64,000 nt of DNA from the NCBI GenBank assembly GCA_963845755.1, contig CAWJTV010000036.1, forward strand, positions 384,001-448,000. The letters are read 5' to 3'. Both the position numbers and the translations under genes were made by a program. Every line of letters starts with the position of its first letter. Within the stretch, counting starts at the first letter, position 1. A model generated the notes under the pieces. It was given only the letters and a program-made list of their open reading frames with translations. It was not told the DNA's origin and searched no databases. Of this stretch, positions 24,301-35,811 are shown in pieces. The stretch is from an uncultured Planctomycetota bacterium (GTDB lineage: Bacteria; Planctomycetota; Planctomycetia; Isosphaerales; Isosphaeraceae).

Positions 24301-25060
24301 ATTCGGAGTGGTAACCGATCGCGCCGTGGCGTTTGCCGCGGCGTTCAATCAGCGAGGGCGTACGTGGGAGGCCAAGGGTGATAACGAGCGCGCAGTCGAA
24401 GACTTCGTGCATGCGACTCGAGTCGATCCTCGGAGCCCGGACGCATATAATAATCTCGGCAATCTGTATCTCAAGATCCAAGATTACGATCAGGCGCTTC
24501 ACATGTACAACGACGCGATCCGGGTTGACGCCGGATACGCGCCTGCGTACGACGGCCGTGGCAACGTGCTGAGTCAGAGGCAAGAGTTCGACCAGGCCAT
24601 CAACGATTTCGGTACGGCGATCCGTCTTGACTCGAATAATGCCGGAACGTTTTACAATCGCGGGACCTTGCTGTTGAAGCGGGGGAAGTACTTCGACGCG
24701 ATCACCGACCTAGAAACCGCGGTCCGACGGGATCCGCGGCACTCCACGGCGAGCAACGATCTCGCATGGCTGCTCGCGACGTGTCCTGTCGAAGCGTTCC
24801 GCGATGGCAAGAAGGCGGTCAAGTACGGCCTGGCGGCCTGTACGTTGTCGGAGTTTAAGGATCCCCAGCATCTGGACACGCTCGCCGCGGCCTACGCGGA
24901 ACAGGGACAGTTCGACAAGGCCGCCGAAACGCAGAATAATGCGATCAAAATATCGTCAAAGAGTGGAGACAGCGCGTTTCAGGCAAGTTTGCGCGAGCAT
25001 CTTCAGCTCTACATCGATAAGAAGCCTTACCGTGAGGAGCCGAAGTCAGCAGGCCCGTGA
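21329..25060 (+). CDS. TIR + STAND (nSTAND1-like) NTPase + hydrophobic helix + TPR protein
   Basis: LFISHS...SPWCFAE (TIR with the catalytic-position Glu), CPYPGL...FFGR, Walker A GSSGSGKSS, Walker B LLVIDQFEEL, ALPLLAF, hydrophobic WLYFALTVVAIAVVLAGMVAW, many TPRs. Confidence 0.9.
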   Translation: MSTLFISHSSKENDEALALHAKLAKEWGFQNVFLDFHEVDGIAAGKEWEQELYRRLRLCQGIVVLCSKNSLASPWCFAEITQARALGKEMFLVEISPCEVPAAFQDRQLVRLTPDGRVDYDRLLQGLKVAGLDPKDDFEWDPKRCPYPGLDCFEAADAYVFFGRNGEITEVTDVLRRMRNGHERRMAVVIGSSGSGKSSLLRAGVLPRLRKDREKWVVVPPFRPRKAPFVELAKALALELEAAAQEASKAAVQRHERWEVIADRLTQEEGGRPGLVRIATELQATRGKDAAVLLVIDQFEELLESTAKTDAKDFLRTLNESLSHFESPLVVLATLRSDSLASFHARGLSSEPIHVQPMAKARFAEIIERPATRVGVRFEPPSLINNIAADTQTEDALPLLAFTLRELYLHRAAPERITQADYEGVGKIDEAISKAVSQIEKGLPGLPDAGLREVFLEMVDEVDGSLLRKSLPVERVPEHVRPILDRFVDERLVVLRREDHGDVLEVVHESLFRVWPRLKRWIEDDQINRRIRRSLTLVTRSWVERGEKDYGLDIGPRFLEWEDWARSHPELVEPKQGDFLEACRKERKDILEETKRKVRWLYFALTVVAIAVVLAGMVAWSGWRLSDVRSSSKAMAEKARSVASTLEKDARKRTDLSGWDEVVQAAQEAFNLAKNAGSDRLLKELEEELANFRNERDQALKDRQAFRALENARILAIGLKTEQRIYRYHFDFVLETYRNAFVEYGIHAEDGPIAESVKIIGSSKIRTTLTAVLDDWADRTPDTALASRLYALARESDPDDRHNALRSSVESRDAATLKRIAQSRETDSLPVVSLVRLGSALLSVGEADVAVKLLRTAHDRHAGDLWVNLHLAESLSDLANPRYEEAARYFTAALALRPDSPSLLYDIGVVQHRRGDLDEAIANYSAAIEQDKHYTWAFINRGNARLAKQQYAGARDDFREALRLDSTIVLAHYGLGTVEYECKNYDEAIKEFGVVTDRAVAFAAAFNQRGRTWEAKGDNERAVEDFVHATRVDPRSPDAYNNLGNLYLKIQDYDQALHMYNDAIRVDAGYAPAYDGRGNVLSQRQEFDQAINDFGTAIRLDSNNAGTFYNRGTLLLKRGKYFDAITDLETAVRRDPRHSTASNDLAWLLATCPVEAFRDGKKAVKYGLAACTLSEFKDPQHLDTLAAAYAEQGQFDKAAETQNNAIKISSKSGDSAFQASLREHLQLYIDKKPYREEPKSAGP

Positions 25061-25323
25061 GGAACTCTCGGCGCCGATGGTGAATGCCAGCTTCCAGGAG
25101 TTCCAGGCCAGGTAGAGCACAGGTCCACGGGGTGTGGTAGAATCGGTCGCGTGGGTCGCTGACAGGAGTAAACCTCTCGAAGGGATTGTTGGTAGCCACA
25201 TATCGAGTCTACTTTCAGCGACACACATTCTACTATCCTTTATCATGGTATCCGGCATCATACTCTCCGAACTTAATTGCTGCGAATGCGACTCGACCTT
25301 GTGATGTAGAATTATTCTTTTGC

Positions 25324-26142
25324 TTATTTTAGCGGTACGTAGAGCTTATTTTCCGCGGCCAGCTTTGTAAGTACGCGCCCGTAACGATCGACATTATTCA
25401 CGGACCCACCTGCGCCGCGATGTAGCGCATCGCCCTGATCACCGTATGCAAGGACGCCACCCGAGTTCCAGAGTATGTCTTGTGAGTATTCGGGGGACGT
25501 CAGGACACGTCGCTTCACATTGTGGAAGGCCAGATAATTTGATATCACAAGATCATCAGAGAATCGCATGTCGGTGTCTGCTACGGCGCTCTGCATGTAG
25601 GGAACAAAGTCGGGTCCAAAGACTTGGGTCGGATAGGCAACGCCGGCAAAGCCTTCGGCGACTGCGCAGCATTCACCATGATTTCTTACGGAACGCGCAC
25701 GCGAATTGACAAAATCAAAGCCCGCGGCGCACCACACTTCATGCTCGTCGTCACCGACTGCGCAGGCCAGCGCCGCTTGTGCAAGCGCGGATACGGCGCC
25801 GGGTGGATAGCGGATATCGTCATCGACACTAATGACGATCGAACGCCGGCTCTGTTGCTGTAATCGCACCACGGTCGGCACGATCTTGGTAGCCGGTCCC
25901 CAATCGCGATCACATCGCTGAATCTTGACCAGCGAATTGCCAATCAACCAGTTCGGCAGGGACTCCTCGGGCGGGTATTCTCCACCGGTTCGATCAAAGC
26001 GCGGCGGGAGGTTGAGTAGGATCGCGTCCGGTTGCCGCGTCTGATTCAGCAGACTGTCAATCATCGGCCGACAATTGGGCAGCCGCGTCGGCGAGGTGGT
26101 GAGTGAGACAACGACAATGACAGGCATAGGAGCGTTGTTCAT
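25324..26142 (-). CDS. Glycosyltransferase, GT-A fold
   Basis: VSLTTSPTR...SLLNQT, DWGPATK, SVDDDIRY (DxD), SDDLVISNYL. Confidence 0.75.
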   Translation of the reverse strand: MNNAPMPVIVVVSLTTSPTRLPNCRPMIDSLLNQTRQPDAILLNLPPRFDRTGGEYPPEESLPNWLIGNSLVKIQRCDRDWGPATKIVPTVVRLQQQSRRSIVISVDDDIRYPPGAVSALAQAALACAVGDDEHEVWCAAGFDFVNSRARSVRNHGECCAVAEGFAGVAYPTQVFGPDFVPYMQSAVADTDMRFSDDLVISNYLAFHNVKRRVLTSPEYSQDILWNSGGVLAYGDQGDALHRGAGGSVNNVDRYGRVLTKLAAENKLYVPLK

Positions 26143-26597
26143 GTGTGCGGGCTAAAATCGAGAACCCGACGAAAGTGTGCGACACACGAGTCCGATCCCG
26201 TCTGCCGACGCCGTGTCGGCGGAGCGCATGCCGCGTGAGAACGGGGAGCTGCAAAGATTAGGGCGCAACCGGGCTTCTGGCAAGGGTGCTAATTTCGAGA
26301 CTATGCTCGGAGCCAACCGGGCTGAGAAGCCTGAGCCGCTGACGGTAAGCTCCAAAGGGATCGTTCGAGCGACTTCCCTACACACGGAGACTTGTGATGG
26401 TTCAGCCTGAATGGGAAGAACTACCTTGCTCGGCAAGCTAGGCAGTGAATTGAAAACTGTCGATGGGAGGTCGGGGCCAACCCGACCCCGCTCGTCTCTT
26501 GATTTTTCCATGCGTCCAACGCTAAGAACATGTGTCGATCGGGAAACGACGGGCGCGGCGCCTTCGATACGACACCGCTCAGGCGGAGGAGAGAATC

Positions 26598-26990
26598 GAT
26601 GCGACGAACCACGACTCGATCGGCGATGGTGTTGGCCCTGCTCGGGATCGGCTGCGGGTGGATCGCCCCCGCCCCCGCCGGAGGCATCGTCCTCCATAGC
26701 CCCGGCGGGGCTCGCCCCCGGCGATCAATTCCGCTTCGCCTTCCTCACCGACGGCACGACGAACGCGCTATCGTCCGACATCAGCGCATACGACAGTGGG
26801 GCCAACCCCTGTTCTTCGCTTGATTAGCCGGCCAAACGAGAGGAATTTGTTCAAACCCAGGCGGGCGGGGCCACCTACCATGGGGGCACGGTTAATCGTG
26901 GCTCGCTCCATCGGATCGACGGCCTCGGTCAACGCCATCGACCACATCGGCCAGTCGGACACACCCGTCTATTCGCGTCGCCATCCGTAA
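26598..26990 (+). pseudogene. Truncated secreted-protein gene (resembles N-terminus of PEP-CTERM-type proteins)
   Basis: Signal peptide, then PAGLAPGDQFRFAFLTDGTTNALSSDISAYD, a short stop-containing insert, then QAGGATY...IGSTASVNAIDHIG; ends at the IS66 remnant. Confidence 0.5.
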
Positions 26991-27330
26991 AACGTTTCCT
27001 GGTTCATTCCGTCGATTCGGCAAAAGGTCCGGACGGAGGGACCGCTCCGCTTCCAACGAGCCAGAACCGGCCCGCCAGTACGCCTCTCGGCTGCCAGCAA
27101 GCTGCACGACGCGGGCCATGGTTCTCTGCCTTTCGGCCATGACCCGATCGTAACATGCGCTGCAAGAAGGGGTTGAGCGGGGACGGAGGGACCGCTCCGC
27201 TTCCAACGAGCCAGAACCGGCCGCCAAATACGCCTCTCGGCTGCCAGCAAGCTCCACGACGCGGGCCATGGTTCACTCCCTTTCGGCCATGACCCGATCG
27301 TAACATGGGCTGCAAGAAGGGGTTCACCGG
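26969..27330 (-). mobile_element. IS66 TnpA-like remnant with a 150-bp tandem duplication
   Basis: REAYWR/LARWKRSGPSVRTFCRIDGMNQETFYGWRRE is TnpA-like HTH; near-identical units start at 27031 and 27181. Confidence 0.6.
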
Positions 27331-27484
27331 GCACGCACACAGAAAGGTAAGGTCTCCAGTGCGCCCGACTGACGCGAGAATCGAATCCCGGCCCGGATCG
27401 CTTCCGAAAAAGTGGGAACAACCGACCTCCGCGGCGTCTTTACTGGGATAGGAAGCACCTGACGCAACCGGGGAGGCGGATTCC

Positions 27485-30400
27485 GTGATAGCTCGGCGCG
27501 ACGGGGCCGGTCTGCAAGGTCTTCGCGGGCTTTTCGACGCGGGGACGGCCGCCGGCTTGACGGATGGTCAATTGCTGGAGCAGTTCGCGACGCGGGACGA
27601 GGCGGCGTCCCAGCTCGCATTCACAGCCCTGTTCGAACGGCACGGCCCGATGGTTCTGCGCACCTGTCGGGCGGTCCTGCACGACGAGAATGAGGCCCAG
27701 GACGCGTTCCAGGCGACGTTTCTCATCCTGGCGCGTCGGGGCGGTGCGCTCTGGGTGCGGGACTCGGTGGGCCCGTGGCTGCACCGGGTCGCCTATCGCG
27801 CGGCGGTCCGCGCCGATCGCGACGCACGGCGGCGGCGGGCGGCCGAACGGCGGGCGGCCGAGCGATCGGGCCTGCTCGTGGAGGACCCCGTCCGGGATGA
27901 CCTGGCGAACGTGCTCCACGAAGAGCTGGATCGCCTACCGGACTGGTGCCGCGTACCGCTGGTGCTCTGCGACCTGGAGGGCCGCACCTACGAGGAGGCG
28001 GCGCGGCACATGGGATGCCCCGTCGGCACGGTCAAGAGCCGGCTGGCCCGAGGCCGTGGACGGTTGCGCCGCCGGCTGACCAGTCGCGGCCTGGCGCCGG
28101 GCGTTGTCGTACTCGGTGCGGCGATCGCCGATCCGGCCCGTGCGGCGGCGGCGACCTTCACCGAGGCTGCGGTGCGGGTCGCGACCCGTCACGCCGCGCC
28201 AGGTGCAGGGCCGGCCTCGGCAACCGCGTCCGCGCTGGCCCAGCAAGTGCTGAGGTCCATGTTCTGGAAAAGCCTGAGAGCCGCGTCGTTGAAGATGGCC
28301 ATCGGGACCGCGATGGGGATGGCCATCCTCACGACGGCTGCGGGCTCGCTCGCCCAGCCGGGACCGCGGGGAGGGCCACCGACCGACCCGGCGATCCAGG
28401 ATGAACCCAAAGCCAGCCCGCGAACCGATGGGGCCGCCTCGTATGCGTGGCGCCGCGCGGACCCGTATCAGCCGCCCGATTTCGAACGCTTCTTCCCCGA
28501 CGATCCCGTCGGAGGAACGGAGTTGGACGCACTCTGGAACGACGAGAAGAAGGACGATCGCCCCGACGCGGAGGTCCTCCGAACCGTGCCGCCAGGGGCT
28601 GCGCCGCACGGAATCCGACCGGACGAAGGTCCTCGAATGGATCGGCGACCGGTACATCTGGTTTGCGTCGCCACAGAACCCAGACGCCATCGAGATCGTC
28701 TACCATGCATCGGATTTCCGGGGCAAGGACGCCGACCCCTACGGGGCGCGCAAGGGCGCCGTGCACGACGGCCTCGCCATGGTCCAGCCCAAGCCGCCCG
28801 CGGTCCTGCGCACCCTGGTCAACCTCTGCATGCAGGTGGATGACCGCGAGGACTGGGACCGAATCGCCTGGGGCACGCGGTCGCAGCGGACGGAGGTCCT
28901 CTCCTACCTGAAGCCCTACATGGCTGCCCGGGACGAGGCAACTCGCGAGAAGGCGGCCTTGCTCGTGAAGGTCTTTGACAGCGTGGGAGTCCGTTACAAG
29001 GCGATGGGGGCATGGGTCGAGAAATCCGTGCGCACGAAGTACGGGGACCGGCTCCCTGAGTTCAAGAGCGTGCTCATGAGGGGCGCTTCCCGAGAGCGGC
29101 TTGACGCCCTGGAGCGGATCTCTCGCCATTGGATTGGTCTCATCCTCGACGAGTCCTTCATCGCCGCGTATCGGGCGTGCGCGGACGACCCCGACGTAGC
29201 CGTGCGCCGCGCAGTCGCGCGCACCTTGAACGTTCTTTGGTTCGGGATCGATCGCGTGCCGGGCGACGAGTTGATCGGCCTCCTGGTCACCCTACTGAAC
29301 GACCAGGACCGCGACGTCCGCGACGACGCCGTGGAGTCGTCGCGAAGTATTCTGGGTCAGTCTCGGCCACCGCGGCGCAGACGGGAGGAGGTCGTCCGCC
29401 GGCTCGTATCGATCGCCCTCGAGGACGCAAGACCGGAACTGCTCAAGACGATCCGCGGGGCCGTTCATGAAGACCGCGATCTGGCGATCAAGGTTCTGGA
29501 CGAATCGTTGCGCAGCGCGGACCCCATCCTCGCCCGAGCTTCCCGCGCGATCTACAGGGACCTGACCAACCACGCCCCACCTGGCGAGCAGAGTCGTCCC
29601 GAGGTGCGGAAAGGGTATCCCAAGGCGCTTCGGGATCTGCACGAGCATTTGGGGCGGGTTTACCCGTACTTCCGGTTGAAACGGATCGACTGGGACCAGG
29701 TCGGTCGCGAGCTCCTGCCTCGCACCGAGGCCGTGGAAACGGAGGAACAGTTCGGGCTCCTGGTGATGGAGCTCGTGGCGCGGTTGGAAGACAGCGGCGC
29801 GTCGGTCCGGGGCGAGAGCGTACCGAGTCCGGACCCGCGGCTGCCGGAGTGGGGCCCCGCGCTGGCCTGCCTGATCGACGACCGAGGGAGGCCGGTGGTA
29901 TATGACGTGGGATGGATCGTCCCGGAGAATGCCGGGCTGCGACCGGGGATGACGGTCGTCTCGGTCAACGGCGAGCCCGCGGAGGCCGCAATCCGCCGGT
30001 GGATGCGCCGTGAGCAAAGGTTCCACGGCTATTCCAGCGAGCGGTGGCTCAGGTCGAACGCGGTCAGGAAATTCCTCCAGCAGGACGAGAGAGAAGCGAA
30101 AGTGGCCCTGGTGCTGGAGAGATGTCGACGGGCAAAGGAAGGCGGTCGACCTGACGGCCGATAGCAACTTCCGGCGCTACTGGATCCCGCGGCTTCCGGT
30201 GCCGAAACCGGGCGTCGATGAAGAGGGAGCTGAGGTGTCCTGGCTCATGCTGGAGGGCCGGATCGGGTTCATCTCCATCCGCGTCCTCCGGACAGGCTTT
30301 GAAGCCTTGCTGGGCCAGGCGGTGGAGAGCCTGGGTGACGCGAAGGGCTTGATCATCGACCTGAGGGGCAACGAAGGCGGCGAGTTCCACGCGAAGTCGG

Positions 30401-30804
30401 CGTTCCGAAGCTTCGACCTGGCGCCCGGCGACATGGCCGGCCCGCGTCCGCCATGCTACAAGGGACCGATCGCGCTCCTGATCGACGAGCAGACCATCGG
30501 CGCCGGCGAGGAATGGGCATCGTGGTTCGTCGCCCGGAAGCGAGCCCGCGTCTTCGGCACGACATCGGCCGGGGCCTTGTCTCGGGGCGAGGAGACGTAC
30601 ACGCTCAGCAATGGTCTGTACCAGGTCGTAATCCCCACGAAGGCGGATGCAGGGTTCCTCGGCGAGCCGATCGAAGGTCGTGGGCTGAAACCGGATGTCG
30701 AGGTGAGGTGCAGCGCCATGGACTTGTCCCACGGCAGGGATACCGTCGCGGAAGCAGCCGCCCGATGGCTGGCAGAGGCGGACGGGAACGCGCCTCGCCC
30801 ATAG
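27485..30804 (+). CDS. ECF sigma-70 factor fused to HEAT-like repeats, PDZ and an S41 peptidase-like domain (frameshifts ~28590, ~30125)
   Basis: LTDGQLLEQF, HGPMVL..C, DAFQATFLILAR, GTVKSRLARGR; DDPDVAVRRAVA; GLRPGMTVVSVNG; IIDLRGNEGG, IEGRGLKPDV. Confidence 0.75.
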
Positions 30805-30818
30805 CGGTGGCCGGCTCC

Positions 30819-33800
30819 TCAGTTGGCACGGGCGAACGGCTCGGACGGCATGGCCAGGTCCATCATCAGGAGTCGGAAATCGGCTCGGCCGCGGAGCGGG
30901 TCGAGGGCATCCTCGATGCGGTAAGCATCGGGGCTGCGGTAGCCCCGGCCGACGGCCTTGTGCAACAGGGCCATCGCCGTCTCGGCCTCGCTCGACGCCT
31001 CGGCGGCCGACACGACCGCGCCGTCCCGGCCGGCCAAGCCCGCCAGAGCGGCGTGGGAACACGCGAAGAGAAAATGCTGCTGGCCCGTCCGCGACGGCAC
31101 GGCGTCCCACAGCTCCAGCGACCGTCGGGCGTCGGCCGCGGCCCCGGCGGGGTCGCCCAGGGCGCGGCGGGCCAGCGCACGGTTGAGGTAATTCTCTGCC
31201 AGGCCGTCGTTGTAATCCGTCGCGTGGGGGTACGCCTTGACCAGCGCCTCGAGCGCCGCGACGGCCCGCTCGACGTGATCGCGGGCCTCGTCCGGACGGC
31301 CGAGGCGGCGGAGAACGGCGGAGAGGTTGTTGTCCGTTTTCGCTGCCTCGCTGCGATAACCCGGGACCTTCGGGTTGTCGTCGGCCAGCTTCCGGTAGAT
31401 CGTCAGCGCCGCGCGGTACGCATCCTCTGCCTCCGCCGCCTTGGCCGTCTGCGAGAGCAGGACGCCGAGGTTTAGGTAGCCAACCGCCAGGCCGCGGCGG
31501 AATTCGGTGACGGCGGGGTGGTCGTCGGCCAGCTTCCGGTAGATCACCAGCGCCGTGCGATGCTCGACCTCCGCCTCCGCCGCCTTGCCCCTCTGCGACA
31601 ACAGGTTGCCCAGGAGGATGTGGCTGTCCGCCAGGCCGCGGCGGAATTCGGTGACGGCGGGGTGGTCGTCGGCCAGCTTCCGGTAGATCGCCAGCGCCGC
31701 GCGATACACGGCTTCCGCCTCCGCCGGCTTGCCCGTCTGACGCAGCAGGATGCCGAGGTTTAAGTGGCTAAGCGCCTGGCGGCTGCGGAACTCGGTGACG
31801 GCGGGGTGGTCGTCGGCCAGCGTCTGGTAGATCGCCAGCGCCGCGCGGTGCTCGGCCTCCGCCTCCGCCGGCTTGCCCGTTTGACGCAGCAGGTTGCCGA
31901 GGTTGTTGTGGCTAAGGGCCAGGCGGTGGCGGAATTCGGTGGCGGTGGGGTGGTCGTGGGCCAGCTTCTGGAGAATCGCCAGCGCCGCGCGGTACGCGAC
32001 TTCCGCCTCCGCCGGCTTGCCCGTCTGACGCAGCAGGATGCCGATGCGACCGACCGTATCCGCCAGCTCGCGACGGGCGCCGTTCGAGGACCCGGTGGTG
32101 GCGGCCAGCGCCTCCTGGTCGGACCGGGCCAGGGTGTAGGTCGACAGGGCCTCAGCGGTCTTGCCCGTCCCGAAAAGGAGTGAGCCCAGCCGTGATCGGC
32201 AGGCCGCCAGCGCGGCCCGTGCCGACGGGTCGGACCCGGTCAGCCCCGCCAGGAGCGATTCCGACCGGCGGTAGGCCGCCAGCGCATCCTCCGTCTTGCC
32301 TGTCGATTCAAGCAGGACGGCGACCGCGGTCATGCTGCGGCCGACATCGGGCATTGCCGCGGCGCCGGCCCCCGGCTCGCTCGCCAGCGACTCCCGCGCC
32401 GCCAGCACCCCACGGTGCGCCGCCAGCGCGTCCTCGGTGCGGCCGACCTTCCACGTCAGGTCGGCCAGTTCGTAGTTCGAGGCCACCAGCGCCCGCCGCG
32501 AGGCGATGTCCGTCTCCCGGCCCAGCAGCGCGCCGAGCTTGCCGTAGAATTCGGCGGCCGACTTCAGGAGGCGGTCGCGCAGCTCCTGGAACTGGTCCTG
32601 CTTGAGCAGGAAGTCCTCACTGACGCCGGTGTGGAACCTCTTGATGGCGTCGGCGGCCAGGTCGTAGCGGGCCTGCACCGCGGCCTCCGAGCGGGCCAGG
32701 TCGGCGTTGGCGGCGGCCAGGGCGGTTTTGGCCTTCGTTTCGCGGGCCAGGGCGTCGCGGAGGCTTCCGTTGGCCGAGGCCAGGTCGTTCCGGGCCTGGG
32801 TCTGCACGGCAGCCACCGCCGTGAGCCCGATCACGCCGGCGACCAGCGCCACCGCCGCCGCCGTCACGGCCGTCCGGTTCCGCCGCGCCCACCGCCGCGC
32901 CCGCCGCGAGAGCGGCTCGCGCCAGGCAGTCACCGGCTCGTCGGCCGTCCACCGCTCAACGTCGTCGGCCAGCCCCCGGCATGACGGGTAGCGGTCCTCG
33001 GGTTTCGTCGCCATCGCCTTGAGGCAGACGGCCTCCAGCGCCTTGTCGATCGACGGGTCGAGCCGTCGGGGCGGCAGGAACTCGCCCTGCTGGACCCGGC
33101 GGAGCACCTCGCCGGTCTCTCCCTCAAACGGCGGCCGGCCGGTCAGGAGGCAATACAAGGTGGCACCGAGGCTGTAGACGTCGGAGCGGGGCCCGAGGCG
33201 GTCCAACGCGCCGGCGGCCTGCTCGGGGCTCATGTAGGCGGGCGTGCCCAGGACGCTGCCGGGCAGGGTCTCGGCGCTGCCGCTGGCGGAGGACGGGGCC
33301 AGCGTCCGCTCGTCGGATTCGGTCCCCGGTCCGGCCCGGCCGACCGCCTTCGCCAGTCCCCAGTCGACCACCAGGGTCTCGCCGTGCTTGCCGACGATGA
33401 CGTTGCCCGGCTTGATGTCGCGGTGGAGGACGCCCCGGCTGTGGGCGTACTCGATCGCGTTGCAGACGTCGGTGAACCGCCTCAGCAGCTTACGACGATC
33501 CAGCGACCGGCGGCCCGGGTCGTCCTTGACGGCGCCGTCGGCGTGGAAGTGCTCGATCGCCTTCTTGAGCGAGTCGCCCTTGATGAACCGCATGGCGTAA
33601 TAGGGCCGGCCGCCGTCGTAGGTCCCCAGGCCGTAGACCGGGACGATCCCCGGGTGCTCCAGGCCGCCGGTGATCTCGGCCTCGACCAGGAACCGCTGGC
33701 GGCTGACGGGGTCGTCGGCGTGGTTGTCGAGGATCTGCTTCAGCGCCACCTCGCGGTTCAGCTCGCCGTCCAGCGCGACGAACACTGCCCCCAACCCGCC

Positions 33801-34232
33801 CCGGGCGTGGGGCCGCAGGACGCGAAACCGCTGGCCGCCGCTGGTGGCGGTGCCGACCGAGTAGGTGCAGGTGCGGTCCGGGTCGCCGCTGGAGTCGGTG
33901 TCGGATCCGACGTGGACGAGGGTCCCCTCGACGTCGGGCCCGCCGGCGGCGGCGAGGCGCGCGCGGGTGGAGCCGGTCAGCGCGAACGCGGCGAGGCTCT
34001 TCTCGGCGTCGCCCCCGTGGGCGAGTAGGTGCTCGGCGAGCAGGGCGTCGAGTAAGGCGCGGCGGGCGCCGGTGAGGGCCCCGTGTTCGACGAGCAAGTC
34101 GGCCATCGCTCGCCCCGGCGACGCCGTCCAGGCGCCGAAGGCGGCGACGAGCTGGGACTGGTTGACCATTCGGTTCTGCAGCGCCAGCAGACCGAAGAGC
34201 AGGTCGCGTGGCGCCTCATCGCATCGTGGCAT
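30819..34232 (-). CDS. Ser/Thr protein kinase with TPR-like repeats
   Basis: [37 protein letters not shown]; ~49-aa tandem repeats; start [19 protein letters not shown] chosen by comparison with the paralog at 37032. Confidence 0.92.
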   Translation of the reverse strand: MPRCDEAPRDLLFGLLALQNRMVNQSQLVAAFGAWTASPGRAMADLLVEHGALTGARRALLDALLAEHLLAHGGDAEKSLAAFALTGSTRARLAAAGGPDVEGTLVHVGSDTDSSGDPDRTCTYSVGTATSGGQRFRVLRPHARGGLGAVFVALDGELNREVALKQILDNHADDPVSRQRFLVEAEITGGLEHPGIVPVYGLGTYDGGRPYYAMRFIKGDSLKKAIEHFHADGAVKDDPGRRSLDRRKLLRRFTDVCNAIEYAHSRGVLHRDIKPGNVIVGKHGETLVVDWGLAKAVGRAGPGTESDERTLAPSSASGSAETLPGSVLGTPAYMSPEQAAGALDRLGPRSDVYSLGATLYCLLTGRPPFEGETGEVLRRVQQGEFLPPRRLDPSIDKALEAVCLKAMATKPEDRYPSCRGLADDVERWTADEPVTAWREPLSRRARRWARRNRTAVTAAAVALVAGVIGLTAVAAVQTQARNDLASANGSLRDALARETKAKTALAAANADLARSEAAVQARYDLAADAIKRFHTGVSEDFLLKQDQFQELRDRLLKSAAEFYGKLGALLGRETDIASRRALVASNYELADLTWKVGRTEDALAAHRGVLAARESLASEPGAGAAAMPDVGRSMTAVAVLLESTGKTEDALAAYRRSESLLAGLTGSDPSARAALAACRSRLGSLLFGTGKTAEALSTYTLARSDQEALAATTGSSNGARRELADTVGRIGILLRQTGKPAEAEVAYRAALAILQKLAHDHPTATEFRHRLALSHNNLGNLLRQTGKPAEAEAEHRAALAIYQTLADDHPAVTEFRSRQALSHLNLGILLRQTGKPAEAEAVYRAALAIYRKLADDHPAVTEFRRGLADSHILLGNLLSQRGKAAEAEVEHRTALVIYRKLADDHPAVTEFRRGLAVGYLNLGVLLSQTAKAAEAEDAYRAALTIYRKLADDNPKVPGYRSEAAKTDNNLSAVLRRLGRPDEARDHVERAVAALEALVKAYPHATDYNDGLAENYLNRALARRALGDPAGAAADARRSLELWDAVPSRTGQQHFLFACSHAALAGLAGRDGAVVSAAEASSEAETAMALLHKAVGRGYRSPDAYRIEDALDPLRGRADFRLLMMDLAMPSEPFARAN

Positions 34233-34645
34233 CGGCTCGGCTCCCGGCCCCGGCGGCGGACGATCGTGCCCGGCCGCCCTCGTGGCGAACGGATCGCAGC
34301 GGGCCGGTGATAGGATAAACGAGTCAATGGACCAAGAGGAAGTCACTTCGGTGAGAGCTGCGTCCCCTCTGCCCCACCCGGTTGACGCGCCCATCAACCG
34401 CAACGGCCGATTCACACGGGGCTTGAATATCATTCGAATACACAAGGGCGAACGCAACGTCGAGAGTGAGTTCACCACGATCAACACGGTTGTTGCTCGC
34501 ATCACGCCGAGAGCCGCCGTGATCCACCTCTTCCGTAACGCCCAGAGGTTTTTCTCTAGCGACCTGATCGTCGTCAGATCGCCAAGCATTCGAAATCCCG
34601 AAGAACGTTGCCAGGCTGGTCCCAGGATTGATCGCCGAGACCTAA

Positions 34646-35554
34646 GAGCGCTCGGAAAAAATGAGTTCACTGGCCCAGGAGCCTCAAACAGATCAAGGAA
34701 CATGCTAACTTGAGGAACGCGTCTTGAATCTCGGTGAGCCGATCCAAACGGCGGCGCAGCCGGCCGAAGGAGTGCAGCCACGCGATGGTCCGCTCTACGT
34801 ACCAGCGGGACTTGCCCAAACCGCTGCCGTGCTCCGTATTGCGGGCCGCCAGCACCGGCGTGGTCCCCCGGCCGCGCAAACCCTGCCGCACCGGTTCCGA
34901 GTCGTAGCCCCGATCCCCCTGCAAGCGGTCGGGCTTCTGCCGCTTCGGCCCCGGCTTGCCGCCCACCGGCGGCATGTCGTCGAGCGTCGTGAAGACCTGG
35001 GTGATCTCGGGGACGTTGGCGGCGGTCACCGTCGCCGCCAGCGGCACGCCTTGGGCGTCGGTCATCACGTGGTGCTTGCTGCCGGATTTGCTCCGGTCCG
35101 TCGGATTCGGGCCGGTATCCTCGCCCCCTTCCGGGGCCTTGGCGAAGGAGGCGTCGATCAGCGCCCGCTCCCAGTCGATCGCGTCAGCGCCGTTGAGCTC
35201 GGCCAGCAAGACGGCGTGCAACTGGCGCCAGACACCGGCCTGCTGCCACGCCTGCAGGTAGGACCGGCAGGTCTTGCCGCAGCCGCAGCCGAGGTCGGCG
35301 GGCAAGTCGTCCCAGGCGATGCCGGTCTTGAGCACGAACAAGATGCCGGTGAGGATCTTGCGGTAGTCCAGGGGTTTGCGTCCCGGGAAGCGGAAGCGGC
35401 GCGGAGGCGGGGGTGGCAGCAAGGGCTCCAGGCGCTTCCACAGCGCATCGGAGACAAGGGGTTTCATGGTGGTCCTCCTTCGGTTCGGGAGATCACTCTC
35501 CGAAGGACTCAAGAGCAGACAGCGTGCCAGTGGATTCATTTTTTCCGAGCGCCG
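34646..35554 (-). mobile_element. IS5-family insertion sequence
   Basis: Inverted ends GCGCTCGGAAAAAATGA(G/A)T(T/C)CACTGG at ~34648 and ending 35552, enclosing a transposase. Outermost bases uncertain. Confidence 0.85.
34667..35467 (-). CDS. IS5-family DDE transposase
   Basis: MKPLVSDALWKRLEPLLP, GILFVLKTGIAWDDLP, ALIDAS, GDRGYDS, RWYVERTIAWL. Confidence 0.92.
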   Translation of the reverse strand: MKPLVSDALWKRLEPLLPPPPPRRFRFPGRKPLDYRKILTGILFVLKTGIAWDDLPADLGCGCGKTCRSYLQAWQQAGVWRQLHAVLLAELNGADAIDWERALIDASFAKAPEGGEDTGPNPTDRSKSGSKHHVMTDAQGVPLAATVTAANVPEITQVFTTLDDMPPVGGKPGPKRQKPDRLQGDRGYDSEPVRQGLRGRGTTPVLAARNTEHGSGLGKSRWYVERTIAWLHSFGRLRRRLDRLTEIQDAFLKLACSLICLRLLGQ

Positions 35555-35811
35555 AAGCGAGTACGATGGAAACGGCGATCCATCAGCCCGCAGTAGGACT
35601 GCGGGTAGCCCGGTCGGGTTGTGGCGCGGTTTTGTCGCCTCAATGCCGCATGGAGCGCCTGAATTCCCTTCTGCGGTTGGGTCAGTCGCCCGGTCTTTAG
35701 CGTCCAATTCCTCTCTGCGCTCGGACGTCGTTCGCGCGAGAATTGTGCAACTTTCACGCAGTGCGACAGGTGGTGAACGTTCGCGCCATTCCTCATCACC
35801 AGGGGACTAAA

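Noticed and set aside
34233..34781. 183-aa N-terminal extension of the kinase
   Set aside because: It runs into the IS5 end, and the paralog starts at the position equivalent to 34232.
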